Origin: Frankiales bacterium
Lineage (GTDB): Bacteria > Actinomycetota > Actinomycetes > Mycobacteriales > SCTD01
Direction: 5' to 3'
NCBI GenBank assembly: GCA_025966005.1
Contig: JAOPVV010000173.1
Span: forward strand, 1-52,376
Length of the DNA: 52,376 nucleotides
The position numbers and the translations under genes are program-made. Below the pieces are notes generated by a model that was given only the letters and a program-made list of their open reading frames with translations, made no database searches and was not told the DNA's origin. Of this stretch, positions 25,116-33,564 are shown in pieces; the first letter of the stretch is position 1, and the number at the start of each line of letters is the position of its first letter.

Positions 25116-26204
25116 ATGAGCTCAGCCCAGTTGGACGCGCTGGCGGTCGCCGTAAAGGCCGACGTGCCGGTGCTGCTCTGGGGCAGCCCGGGCACGGGCA
25201 AGACCTCCGCCGTGCTGTCCCTGGCGAACGCCCTGGGGTGGCCGGTGGAGGTGGTGGTCGGCGCCATCCGGGAGCCGTCGGACTTCGCCGGGCTGCCCGT
25301 CGTCTCGGACGGGGACGTGCACTTCGCCCCACCGCGATGGGCCCGCCGGCTGGCTGAGGCGCCGAACTCGCTGCTCCTGCTGGACGAGCTGACCACGGCG
25401 CCGCCCGCGGTCCAGGCGGCGATGCTGCGGGTGGTCCTGGAGCGGCACGTCGGTGACCTCGCGCTCCCCGCCGGCGTGCGCATCGTCGCGGCTGCGAACC
25501 CCCCGGACGAGGCGGCCGACGGCTGGGAGCTCTCGGCGCCGATGGCCAACCGCCTGGTCCACCTCGACTGGAGCGTCGACGCCGAGACGGTGGCGCGCGG
25601 CCTGGCGGTCGGTTTCCCGCCGCCCACCGCGGTCCTCTCCCGTCCCGACTCCGACGCGGGTCAGGGCCTCGTCGCCCGCTCGCTGGTCGGCGCCTTTCTG
25701 CAGGTGCGGCCCGCGCTGGTCCTCGACGTCCCCAAGACGTCGTCGGCCGCGGGCCGGGGCTGGCCGAGCCCGCGCAGCTGGGAGACGGCGGCCAGGCTCG
25801 TGGCGGCGGCAGATGCTGCCCGCGCCACGAGCGAGGTCCGGAGCCTGCTGGTCACGGGTGCCGTCGGTGAGGGCGCTGGGCTCGAGTTCCTTTCGTGGGC
25901 AGCCAACCTCGACCTCCCCGACCCGGCGGCGGTGCTCGCCGACCCGGACAGCTTCGAGCTGCCCCAGCGCGGTGACCGGGCCTACGCCGCCCTGGCCGCC
26001 GTGGCCGACTACGCCGTCAACCACGGCACGCCGGAACTGTGGGACGCCGCCTGGCGGGTCGTGGCGAGGGTCTCCAGCACGGCGCCTGACATCGCCGTCC
26101 TGGTGGCTCGCATGCTGGCGACTCGACGTCCAGCCGGCGCGCGGATCCCGTCCGAGGTGCAGGCGCTGGACCCCGTCCTGCGCGCGGCCGGCCTGCTGCC
26201 GTGA
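25116..26204 (+). CDS. MoxR-class AAA+ ATPase (AAA_5 type)
   Basis: Walker A LLWGSPGTGKTS, Walker B LLLLDELTTAPPAVQAAMLRVVLER, sensor-like RIVAAANPPDE. ATG 25116 follows GGAAGG. The track ORF extension from 24549 was rejected. Confidence 0.85.
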   Translation: MSSAQLDALAVAVKADVPVLLWGSPGTGKTSAVLSLANALGWPVEVVVGAIREPSDFAGLPVVSDGDVHFAPPRWARRLAEAPNSLLLLDELTTAPPAVQAAMLRVVLERHVGDLALPAGVRIVAAANPPDEAADGWELSAPMANRLVHLDWSVDAETVARGLAVGFPPPTAVLSRPDSDAGQGLVARSLVGAFLQVRPALVLDVPKTSSAAGRGWPSPRSWETAARLVAAADAARATSEVRSLLVTGAVGEGAGLEFLSWAANLDLPDPAAVLADPDSFELPQRGDRAYAALAAVADYAVNHGTPELWDAAWRVVARVSSTAPDIAVLVARMLATRRPAGARIPSEVQALDPVLRAAGLLP

Positions 26205-27478
26205 CGTCGGCGGCCCTGGGAGTGCGCCGCTCCGGGGTGCAGGACCTGCCCGCGCCCCTGCGGGAGGCCTGGGCCGCCGCCCGGGTGCGCGCCGCGCACA
26301 CCGCGCCCTACCTGACGACCGCCGTCCTGGCGCTGCAACCGGTGGTGGTCGACGGGCTCGAGGAGGCCGGCTGCTCGGCGGCCGCACTGCGGGCCTTCCC
26401 GGTCGACACCGGGTGGCGGGTCCACCTCGACCCGCACTGGCTGGCGGTGACGCCGCCCGCCGGCATCGCCTTCTGGCTGGTGCACCAGGTCGGGCACCTG
26501 CTGCGCCAGCACGCCGACCGCTTCGGCGCGGCCTGCCCACAGCCCGCGGCCGTTCCTGGGCAGCCGCGGACCCCCGAGCAGCAGCGCTGGAACGTGTCCG
26601 CGGACTGCGAGGTCAACGACGACGTGCCGGGCGACGCCAGGGCGTCGGACGCCGTGCTGCCGTCCTCCCTGGGGCTGGCGGACGGCCAGCCGGCAGAGGT
26701 CTACTGGGCGGCCCTGGCCCACCGGACACCCACGTCGGTGCAGGCGACTGTCGACTGCGGCAGCGGTACCGACGGTGTCGCGCGCGGCTGGGACTCCGGC
26801 GAGCCGGGGCTCACCGAGCCGGAGGCCCGCCAGGTCCGTCGCGAGACCGCGCGGACGGTCGCGGCCCGCGGCCGCGAGGGCGGCGACGTCCCGGAGGCCT
26901 GGCGACGCTGGGCCGAGCAGGTCCTGGAGCCCGTCGTGGACTGGCGGCGCGAGCTGTCCGCCGCGCTGCGCCTGGGGGTGGCCGGCGTCGTGGGACGGGT
27001 CGACTACAGCTACGTGCGTCCGTCCCGCCGGGCCGGTGCGGTCCCGGGGGTGGTGCTGCCCTCCCTGCGCCAGCCCGTGCCCCAGGTGACGGTGCTGCTC
27101 GACACGTCGCAGAGCATGCTCGGTGAGCCGCTGAGCCGAGCGGTCGCGGAGGTGGGCGGTGTCCTGCGGGCGGTCGGCGTCGCCCGGCACTCGCTGCGGG
27201 TCCTGTGCTGCGACAGCACGGCCTACGACAGCGCGCGGGTGCTGGACGCACGAGAGGTCCAGGTGGTCGGCGGCGGCGGGACCGACCTGCGTGCCGGCCT
27301 GGCCGCCGCCGCCTCGGCACGGCCGCGGCCCGACCTCGTCGTCGTGCTCACCGACGGCGGGACGGACTGGCCGCAGGAACGACCCCGCCATGGCGCCGTG
27401 GTGGTCGGGCTGCTCGACAGCCGAAGGCGGCCGCCCGACTGGGCGAGGACCGTCGACATCCCCTGGGGAGGTGCATGA
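26201..27478 (+). CDS. VWA-domain protein with an N-terminal putative metallopeptidase-like domain (DUF2201-type architecture)
   Basis: GTG 26201 overlaps the ATPase stop (GTGA). The N-terminal domain carries LVHQVGHLLRQH, i.e. HQxxH where HExxH would be expected. The C-terminal VWA domain has MIDAS-like VLLDTSQSM, GGGGTDL and VVVLTDGG. Confidence 0.8.
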   Translation: MTSAALGVRRSGVQDLPAPLREAWAAARVRAAHTAPYLTTAVLALQPVVVDGLEEAGCSAAALRAFPVDTGWRVHLDPHWLAVTPPAGIAFWLVHQVGHLLRQHADRFGAACPQPAAVPGQPRTPEQQRWNVSADCEVNDDVPGDARASDAVLPSSLGLADGQPAEVYWAALAHRTPTSVQATVDCGSGTDGVARGWDSGEPGLTEPEARQVRRETARTVAARGREGGDVPEAWRRWAEQVLEPVVDWRRELSAALRLGVAGVVGRVDYSYVRPSRRAGAVPGVVLPSLRQPVPQVTVLLDTSQSMLGEPLSRAVAEVGGVLRAVGVARHSLRVLCCDSTAYDSARVLDAREVQVVGGGGTDLRAGLAAAASARPRPDLVVVLTDGGTDWPQERPRHGAVVVGLLDSRRRPPDWARTVDIPWGGA

Positions 27479-27819
27479 CCGTGTCCTGGCACGCAGGATC
27501 CACGTCGATCATGGGACTGATGTTCGGCGGCCCGGCGCCCCCGGAGTGGGCGCGCGTCGGCATCTCCGGCATCGACGCGAGGCTCTGGCAGCTGCTCGGG
27601 GTCCCGCCCGCTGAGGCGGCCCGGCTGGCCAAGGCCGGCCAGGACCCCGTCGTCGTCGTCGAGCAGTGGTGGGCCGCCGGCGTGCCGCTGGACGAGGTGG
27701 CGGCCTGGCTCGGCGCCGGGCTCTCGGCCCAGGAGGCCGTCGAGCAGCGCGCCGCGGGCGTCGACGTCGAGCAGGCCGCCACGCTGCGGGCGCTGCGGGG
27801 CCTGGGCCACACGGACTAG
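27475..27819 (+). CDS. Small Trp-rich tandem-repeat protein, unknown function (114 aa)
   Basis: ATG 27475 overlaps the VWA stop (ATGA). High GC3. Three to four ~22-aa repeats of the form W-x3-G-[VI]-x3-[ED]-x-A-x-[LW]-x2-[AL]-G: RLWQLLGVPPAEAARLAKAG, QWWAAGVPLDEVAAWLGAG, EQRAAGVDVEQAATLRALRG. Confidence 0.6.
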   Translation: MTVSWHAGSTSIMGLMFGGPAPPEWARVGISGIDARLWQLLGVPPAEAARLAKAGQDPVVVVEQWWAAGVPLDEVAAWLGAGLSAQEAVEQRAAGVDVEQAATLRALRGLGHTD

Positions 27820-28991
27820 GTCCGAGCGCCGCCGTACGTCAGCTCCACCGAGGGGAAGCCGAGCAACCCGGCCGGCCACGGCAGCACCGGCGTGGTCCCC
27901 GGCTGCAGCGCGAAGTCGGGGACCTGGGTCAGCCACTCCTCGAGCACCAGGCGGAGCTCGGCCCGGGCCAGGTGCGAACCGAGGCACCGGTGGATGCCCC
28001 CGCCGAAGCCCCAGTGCGCCTCGTCGCGGTCGAGCTGCACGGCGGTGCCGTCCTCGTACCGGTCGGGGTCGCGGTTGGCGGCTGCCCACACCATGACCAC
28101 CCGGGTTCCCGCAGGGAGGTCCCGTCCCTCGAGCACGGTGTCCTGCGTCGTGACCCTCGGCGTGAAGGTGGCGACCGGGTTGAGCCGGACGAGCTCCTCC
28201 ACGAACCCCGGGACGAGCGTGAGGTCCTGGGCCAGCCGACCGCGCAGGTCGGCGTCCCGGGCCAGCAGCTCGAAGGCGAAGCCGAGCGTCGCCGTGACCG
28301 TGTCGAGTCCGGCGAGCACCATGAGGAAGCCGAGTCCGAGCAGCTCCTCCTGGCTCATGGCCTCGGCGGAGGTGTCGTTCACGAGGACGGTCAGCAGGTC
28401 CTCGCCCGGCTGACCCCGGCGCTGCTCGATCTTCTCGCCGAGGTAGGTGAACAGCTCCAGTGCCTCGGCCTGCTGCCCCTCACTGGCGCCGGCAGGGCCG
28501 GCGGCCGCGAGGACGGCGTCCTTCCAGCGGACCAGTCGCTCGGTGTCGCTGAGCGGCAGGCCGAGCAGCGTGAGGAACACCTGGCTCGGGAACGGGACGG
28601 CCAGGTCGCGGACGACGTCGCAGCGACCCGCCTCGGCCAGCGGAGTGATGAGGGCGCGCAGCTGCTCGCGCAGGCTCTCGTACATGCGCCCGACGACCAC
28701 CGGGCTGAAGAACGGCGCCAGGAGCTTGCGGTACCGCATGTGCTCGGGCGGGTCGAACGCGATCGGGACCATCGGCACGGGGCTGCCCACGACGCCGAAG
28801 GCCAGCCGCGAGGAGTAGGTCGCCGGGTCGTGCAGCACCACGTCGACGGCCTTGTTGCCCACGACGAAGACAGCCCCGTCGACGTCCACGAGCGGTCCCT
28901 GGTCGAGCAGCGCCTGCCAGGCGGCCTCCCGGTCCGAGGCGACCGGGAGGTCGGCGAGGGACAGCGCGGGCCGGGCGGGTGTCGTGGTCAA
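27816..28991 (-). CDS. Cytochrome P450
   Basis: Heme loop FGGGIHRCLG, ExxR in VEELVR, I-helix-like VLAGLDTVT. TTG 28991 follows GGAGGA. Its stop overlaps the convergent stop of 27475..27819 (CTAG). Confidence 0.9.
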   Translation of the reverse strand: MTTTPARPALSLADLPVASDREAAWQALLDQGPLVDVDGAVFVVGNKAVDVVLHDPATYSSRLAFGVVGSPVPMVPIAFDPPEHMRYRKLLAPFFSPVVVGRMYESLREQLRALITPLAEAGRCDVVRDLAVPFPSQVFLTLLGLPLSDTERLVRWKDAVLAAAGPAGASEGQQAEALELFTYLGEKIEQRRGQPGEDLLTVLVNDTSAEAMSQEELLGLGFLMVLAGLDTVTATLGFAFELLARDADLRGRLAQDLTLVPGFVEELVRLNPVATFTPRVTTQDTVLEGRDLPAGTRVVMVWAAANRDPDRYEDGTAVQLDRDEAHWGFGGGIHRCLGSHLARAELRLVLEEWLTQVPDFALQPGTTPVLPWPAGLLGFPSVELTYGGART

Positions 28992-29011
28992 GGGTCCTCC
29001 AGAGTGGTGGG

Positions 29012-29797
29012 TTACAGGCCGGCTGGCTTGTTGTTGTAGCGGGGCAGGTGCAGGCCGCCGTCGACGTGGATGACCTCACCCGTCACGTAGGAGGCGTCGT
29101 CGCTGGCGAGGAACACGGCGACGGGGGCGATGTCGGGCTCCGGGTAGCCGACCCGGCCCAGCGGCTTGATGCTCGCCGACATCTCGACGAAGCCCGGGTC
29201 CTGCCTGGCGTACTCCTCGAAGACCGAGCCGGCCGCGGCGGGGGCGATCGCGTTGACCGTGATGCCATAGCGAGCCCACTCGACCGCCGCCGAGCGGGTC
29301 AGCCCCAGGATCGCCTGCTTGCTGGCGATGTAGTCGGCCCGCAGCCAGGCGGCGGCCTCGGCGTCGATGGAGTACATGTTCACCACCCGTCCCCGGCCCT
29401 GCTCGCGCATCGTCGGGAACGCCGCCTGCATGGCCCACCAGGTGGCCTTGAGCCCGGAGCGCATGAGGCTCTCGAGCATCTCGTCGGTCTTGTCCTCGAG
29501 CAGCACGTTCGGCGAGAGCTTGATGGCGTTGTTGACCAGGACGTCGATGCGGCCGTGGCCCTCGACGGCACGGGCGACAGCGGCCACCACGGACGCCTTG
29601 TCGGTGACGTCCGTGTGCACGAACTCACCTGGGGTGCCCAGCTCGGCCAGCTCGTCGGCCGTCGTCCTGCCGGCCTCGGCATCGACGTCGGCGACGAGGA
29701 CGGTGGCGCCCTCGCGGGCGAACAGCCGGGAGATGCCCCGGCCGATGCCCTTGCCGCCTCCGGTGACGAGGGCGACGCGGCCGGTCAGCCGGCTCAT
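29012..29797 (-). CDS. Short-chain dehydrogenase/reductase (SDR)
   Basis: VTGGGKGIGRG, VNNA, YIASKQAI, tail IHVDGGLHLPRYNNKPAGL. ATG 29797 follows AAGGAG. Close paralog of 14958..15767. Confidence 0.9.
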   Translation of the reverse strand: MSRLTGRVALVTGGGKGIGRGISRLFAREGATVLVADVDAEAGRTTADELAELGTPGEFVHTDVTDKASVVAAVARAVEGHGRIDVLVNNAIKLSPNVLLEDKTDEMLESLMRSGLKATWWAMQAAFPTMREQGRGRVVNMYSIDAEAAAWLRADYIASKQAILGLTRSAAVEWARYGITVNAIAPAAAGSVFEEYARQDPGFVEMSASIKPLGRVGYPEPDIAPVAVFLASDDASYVTGEVIHVDGGLHLPRYNNKPAGL

Positions 29798-29827
29798 GGG
29801 ACTCCTTCTGCTGGGGTGACTGGGGGT

Positions 29828-30544
29828 TCAGACGGCGGCGGCGGGGACGGCGAGGTAGGCGCTCTCCACCTCGTGCCACTGGGAACGCAGCTCGGCGGTC
29901 GTCCCGGACAGGACCACCTTGCCGTGGACGAGCAGGTAGCCGCGGTCGGCGATCTCCAGCACGCTCGAGACGTGCTGCTCGACGAGCAGCACGGCCAGCC
30001 CGGTGTCGGCCGCGGCTCGGACCGCCTTGAACAGGCGCTCCACCGCGAGCGGCGCGAGCCCGAGCGAGAGCTCGTCGGCCAGCAGGATGCGCGGTCGGCG
30101 CGCCAGCGCCCGGGCCAGGGCGAGCATCTGCTGCTGACCGCCCGACAGCAGCCCGGCCTTGCGGCCCAGGTGCGGCTCGAGCTCGGGGAAGACCGCCAGC
30201 GCGCGGTCGACGTCACCCTTGCCGAGCCGCAGGTTGTCGACGACCGTCATCTTCATGAGGACCGAGCGCTCCTCGGTCAGCAGCGACAGGCCCCGCTGGG
30301 CCCGGCGGTGCAGTGGTGCGCCGGTCGCGTCGCCGTGCAGGGCGATGCTGCCCTCGATGACGGGCAGCTCACCGGCGAGCGTCAGCACGGTGGTCGTCTT
30401 GCCGGCCCCGTTCGGCCCGAGCAGGACGACGACCTCACCCGGCTGCACGTGCAGGTCCAGGCCGCGGACGACGGGCGTCTTGCCGTAGCCGGCGCTCAGG
30501 CCGGTGCAGGAGATGGCCGGCTCGGTCGTGGTCGTGGTGGTCAC
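29828..30544 (-). CDS. ABC transporter ATP-binding protein, LivF type
   Basis: GPNGAGKTTTV, LSGGQQQMLALARAL, ILLADELSLGLAP. GTG 30544 overlaps the upstream stop (GTGA). Confidence 0.9.
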   Translation of the reverse strand: MTTTTTTEPAISCTGLSAGYGKTPVVRGLDLHVQPGEVVVLLGPNGAGKTTTVLTLAGELPVIEGSIALHGDATGAPLHRRAQRGLSLLTEERSVLMKMTVVDNLRLGKGDVDRALAVFPELEPHLGRKAGLLSGGQQQMLALARALARRPRILLADELSLGLAPLAVERLFKAVRAAADTGLAVLLVEQHVSSVLEIADRGYLLVHGKVVLSGTTAELRSQWHEVESAYLAVPAAAV

Positions 30545-33282
30545 GTGGTGGCTCCGCTGGTGGTGGTGGCGACCGGGTCGCGGCGGGTGCTGGCGGGGAC
30601 GGGGTCCTCGGAATCCTTCTGCTGGCCGAGGTAGGCCGCGACGACGGCGGGGTCGGAGCTGACCTGCGCGGGCGAGCCGTCGGCGATCTTCTTGCCGAAG
30701 TCGAGGACGACGACGCGGTCGCAGATGTCCATGACGAGCCCCATGTCGTGCTCGACGAGCAGGATCGCGGTGCCCCACTCGTCGGCGAGGCGGCGCAGGA
30801 GCTGCCCGAGCTCGCGCGACTCGGTCTCGTCGAGGCCGGCGGCCGGCTCGTCGAGCAGGAGCACCGACGGGTGCCGGGCCACCGAGCGCGCGATCGCCAC
30901 CAGGCGGCGCTTGCCGTACGACAGCTCTGTCGGGGTCTTGAGCAGGTCGTCAGCGAGCTGAAAGTCGACGACGGCCCGGAGGGCGGCGGGAGACAGCTGG
31001 GGCTTGCTGGGCCGGAACAGGTCCGTGACGTAGGAGCGCAGGTCGCGCTCCTCCGCGGCGACGCACAGGTTGTCCTGCACCGTGAGGTCCTCGAACAGCT
31101 CCAGGTTCTGGAAGCTGCGGCCGATGCCGAGCTCGGCCCGGCGACGGGCGGACATCCCCGTGATGTCCTGGTCGTCAAGGGCGATCCGGCCGGTGGTCGG
31201 CTTGGTGAAGCCGGTGACGACGTCGATCAGGGTCGTCTTGCCGGCTCCGTTCGGTCCGATCAGTCCGACGATCTCACCCGGTCGGGCGTGCAGCGCGACG
31301 TCGTCGAGAGCGACCACGCCGCCGAAGCGCATGCCCAGCCCCTCGACGCGCAGCGTGCGTGGCGCGGCCCGCTCGATCACGACGTCGTCCTGCGAGTCCA
31401 CCGCCGGCTGCTCCATCTGGCGGCGGTTGAGCCTGCCCAGCAGGGCCTGCTTCATCAGCATCTGGCGGAAGACGGCCCCGTTGGGGTCGTTGATGACCAT
31501 CAGGATCAGGGCGATGCCGGTGATGAGGGTCGCCCACTGACCGAGCTCGATGGCCTGCTCCACGACGTACGGGATCAGGCCGCCGACTACCAGCAGGCCG
31601 CCGAACAGCGCGCCGCCGATGAAGCCGATGCCGCCGAGGAAGGTGAGCACCACGGCGTTGATCGAGGCGAAGACGTCGTACTGGGCGAAGTCGACGTTCG
31701 GGAAGCGGTAGGCCAGCAGGACGCCGCCGGCCGCGGCGATCCCGGCGCCGAGGGCGAAGGCGTACAGCTTGGCGCCGATGATGCTGATGCCGAGCGACGC
31801 CGCGGCGCGCTCGTTGGCGCGGGTCGCGAGCAGGCGGCGGCCGGAGCGGCCGCGCCTGAGGTTGGAGACGGCGAACGCGAAGGCCGCGAACACCACGAGG
31901 GCGACGGCGCTGTAGCGCTGCGGGTGCACGACCGAGTCGATGCTCCAGCCGAACAGGGCCGGGGGCTCGATGATCGTCCCCTCGTAGCCGCCGGTGTAGT
32001 CCTTGTTGTTGAACAGCAGCGCCTGGAGCGCCACGGCGAGCCCGAGCGTCGCGATGGCGAGGTTCACGCCGCGGGTGCGCAGGGCGGGCAGGGCGAACAC
32101 GAGCCCGAAGGGGATGGCGGCCAGGACGCCCATCGGCAGGGCGAGGATGAACGGCAGACCCAGCAGGTCGCCGGCGATCCGGGCCGAGACGAACGCCCCG
32201 ACCCCGGCGAGCCCGTACTGGGCCAGCGAGACCTGGCCGGCGTAGCCGGTGACGACCACGACGGACAGCGCGATCAGGCCGACGGCGAAGGTGAGCACCA
32301 GCGCGGCCAGCAGCCCTTCCGAGCCGGCGCCGATCACGATGCCGGCGAGGACCAGTCCGGCCAGCACGGTCCAGCGCCGACGGCGCACCGGAGCCACCAG
32401 TGGCAGCCGGTCGTTGAGGAACCCCCGTAGCGGCAGCGCCTGACCCCGGACGATCAGCAGGCCGATGATGACCAGGAACGGCGCGCTCTCGGCCCACCCG
32501 GTCACGGTCACGTAGCGCGTCATCTCGGACTGCACGATGCCGATGACCGCACCGCCGACGGCGGTGAGGGCGAAGGAGGAGAAGCCACCCACCATGGCGC
32601 TGGCCAGGACGGGGACGATGAGCAACGCCAGGGTGCCCGGTGCGAAGCCGGTGATCGGCACGATGAGGATGCCGGCGAGCGCCGCGAGCGCGCCGCCGAG
32701 GGCCCAGTTGGCCGTCGCGATCACGTCGGGGGAGACGCCGAGCGCCGCGGCGCTGCGCTGGTTCTCCGAGACGGCGGCGGTGGAGCGGCCGAAGTCCGTC
32801 GAGCGGTACACCACGGTCAGGGCGGCCGTGAGGACGACGGCGATGCCGATGATCCACAGGCGGTCCTCGCCGACGCTCACGTCGCCGAACAGGGTCCGGT
32901 TCTTGGCCGGCAGGAAGCTGTCGACGAACTGGAACTCCGAGCCGTACCGGATCTGGGCGGCGGAGGAGACCACAGCGAGGATGCCGAGCGTGGCCACGAG
33001 GCGGGCCAGGGCCGAGGCCGTGCGCAGCGGACGCATGATCAGCAGCGAGATCCCGACGCCGACCAGGGCCATGACCAGGATCGGCACGACCACCGCCACC
33101 ACCTTCGGGGCGTCGTTGTCGAGCAGCTCCATGTAGAGCGCGGCGCCGAGCAGGGCCATCGCGCCGTGCCCGAAGTTCAGCACTCCGGATCCGCGGTAGA
33201 CGACGACGAGGCCTTGCGCCGCGACGGCGTAGACCGCGCCGACGGCCAGGCCGAGTATGGCGAACTTCAGGACTTCTTCCAC
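30541..33282 (-). CDS. Triple-fusion LivH-LivM-LivG ABC permease/ATPase (913 aa)
   Basis: N-terminus MEEVLKFAILGLAVGAVYAVAAQGLVVVYRGSGVLNFGHGA is LivH-like. The middle is LivM-like (GQVSLAQYGLAGVGAF). The C-terminus is LivG-like (GPNGAGKTTLID, LSYGKRRLVAIARS, LLLDEPAAGLD). GTG 33282 follows GGAGGT. Confidence 0.9.
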   Translation of the reverse strand: MEEVLKFAILGLAVGAVYAVAAQGLVVVYRGSGVLNFGHGAMALLGAALYMELLDNDAPKVVAVVVPILVMALVGVGISLLIMRPLRTASALARLVATLGILAVVSSAAQIRYGSEFQFVDSFLPAKNRTLFGDVSVGEDRLWIIGIAVVLTAALTVVYRSTDFGRSTAAVSENQRSAAALGVSPDVIATANWALGGALAALAGILIVPITGFAPGTLALLIVPVLASAMVGGFSSFALTAVGGAVIGIVQSEMTRYVTVTGWAESAPFLVIIGLLIVRGQALPLRGFLNDRLPLVAPVRRRRWTVLAGLVLAGIVIGAGSEGLLAALVLTFAVGLIALSVVVVTGYAGQVSLAQYGLAGVGAFVSARIAGDLLGLPFILALPMGVLAAIPFGLVFALPALRTRGVNLAIATLGLAVALQALLFNNKDYTGGYEGTIIEPPALFGWSIDSVVHPQRYSAVALVVFAAFAFAVSNLRRGRSGRRLLATRANERAAASLGISIIGAKLYAFALGAGIAAAGGVLLAYRFPNVDFAQYDVFASINAVVLTFLGGIGFIGGALFGGLLVVGGLIPYVVEQAIELGQWATLITGIALILMVINDPNGAVFRQMLMKQALLGRLNRRQMEQPAVDSQDDVVIERAAPRTLRVEGLGMRFGGVVALDDVALHARPGEIVGLIGPNGAGKTTLIDVVTGFTKPTTGRIALDDQDITGMSARRRAELGIGRSFQNLELFEDLTVQDNLCVAAEERDLRSYVTDLFRPSKPQLSPAALRAVVDFQLADDLLKTPTELSYGKRRLVAIARSVARHPSVLLLDEPAAGLDETESRELGQLLRRLADEWGTAILLVEHDMGLVMDICDRVVVLDFGKKIADGSPAQVSSDPAVVAAYLGQQKDSEDPVPASTRRDPVATTTSGATT

Positions 33283-33383
33283 GCTGGACGCACCTCCGAG
33301 TCGGGGCAGCAGGGTCGTGTCTGGACGCGCGACGTGGCGGTCCCTGTTCGGGTCAAGATCGTCCGCTGAGCGGGACTAGTGTG

Positions 33384-33403
33384 ACAGAAGTCATGCACCT
33401 TGT
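33384..33403. promoter_or_regulatory. ACAG-N12-TTGT operator-like element flanked by a CTAG..CTAG inverted repeat
   Basis: acagaagtcatgcaccttgt lies within gACTAGtgtg..ttgttCTAGTc, 101 nt upstream of the transporter start at 33282. Confidence 0.4.
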
Positions 33404-33473
33404 TCTAGTCTTTCCGCGGACTTCTTCGTGGCCGGTGAGGCCGGCGACGTGGCAGGTCAGGGTTGCGTCTTGA

Positions 33474-33493
33474 ACAGATAGCGTCTCAACCGT
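33474..33493. promoter_or_regulatory. ACAGATAG-N6-AACCGT element, sharing both flanks with the 19680/19741 repeat
   Basis: acagatagCGTCTCaaccgt versus acagatagTGCAGCaaccgt. Lies 71 nt upstream of the ATG at 33565. Confidence 0.5.
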
Positions 33494-33564
33494 ACACTCC
33501 GAGGACCGAAGACACCACGGCTGCTCGTCCCGGTCGCGGTCACGACACACACGAGGAGCCGGCC

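Noticed and set aside
27816-27819. CTAG stop-stop overlap between the repeat-protein gene and the convergent P450 gene, considered as a possible regulatory feature.
   Set aside because: A 4-nt convergent overlap of stop codons happens readily in compact genomes. There is no evidence of function. It is noted only as the boundary of the MoxR operon and as showing there is no room for a terminator.
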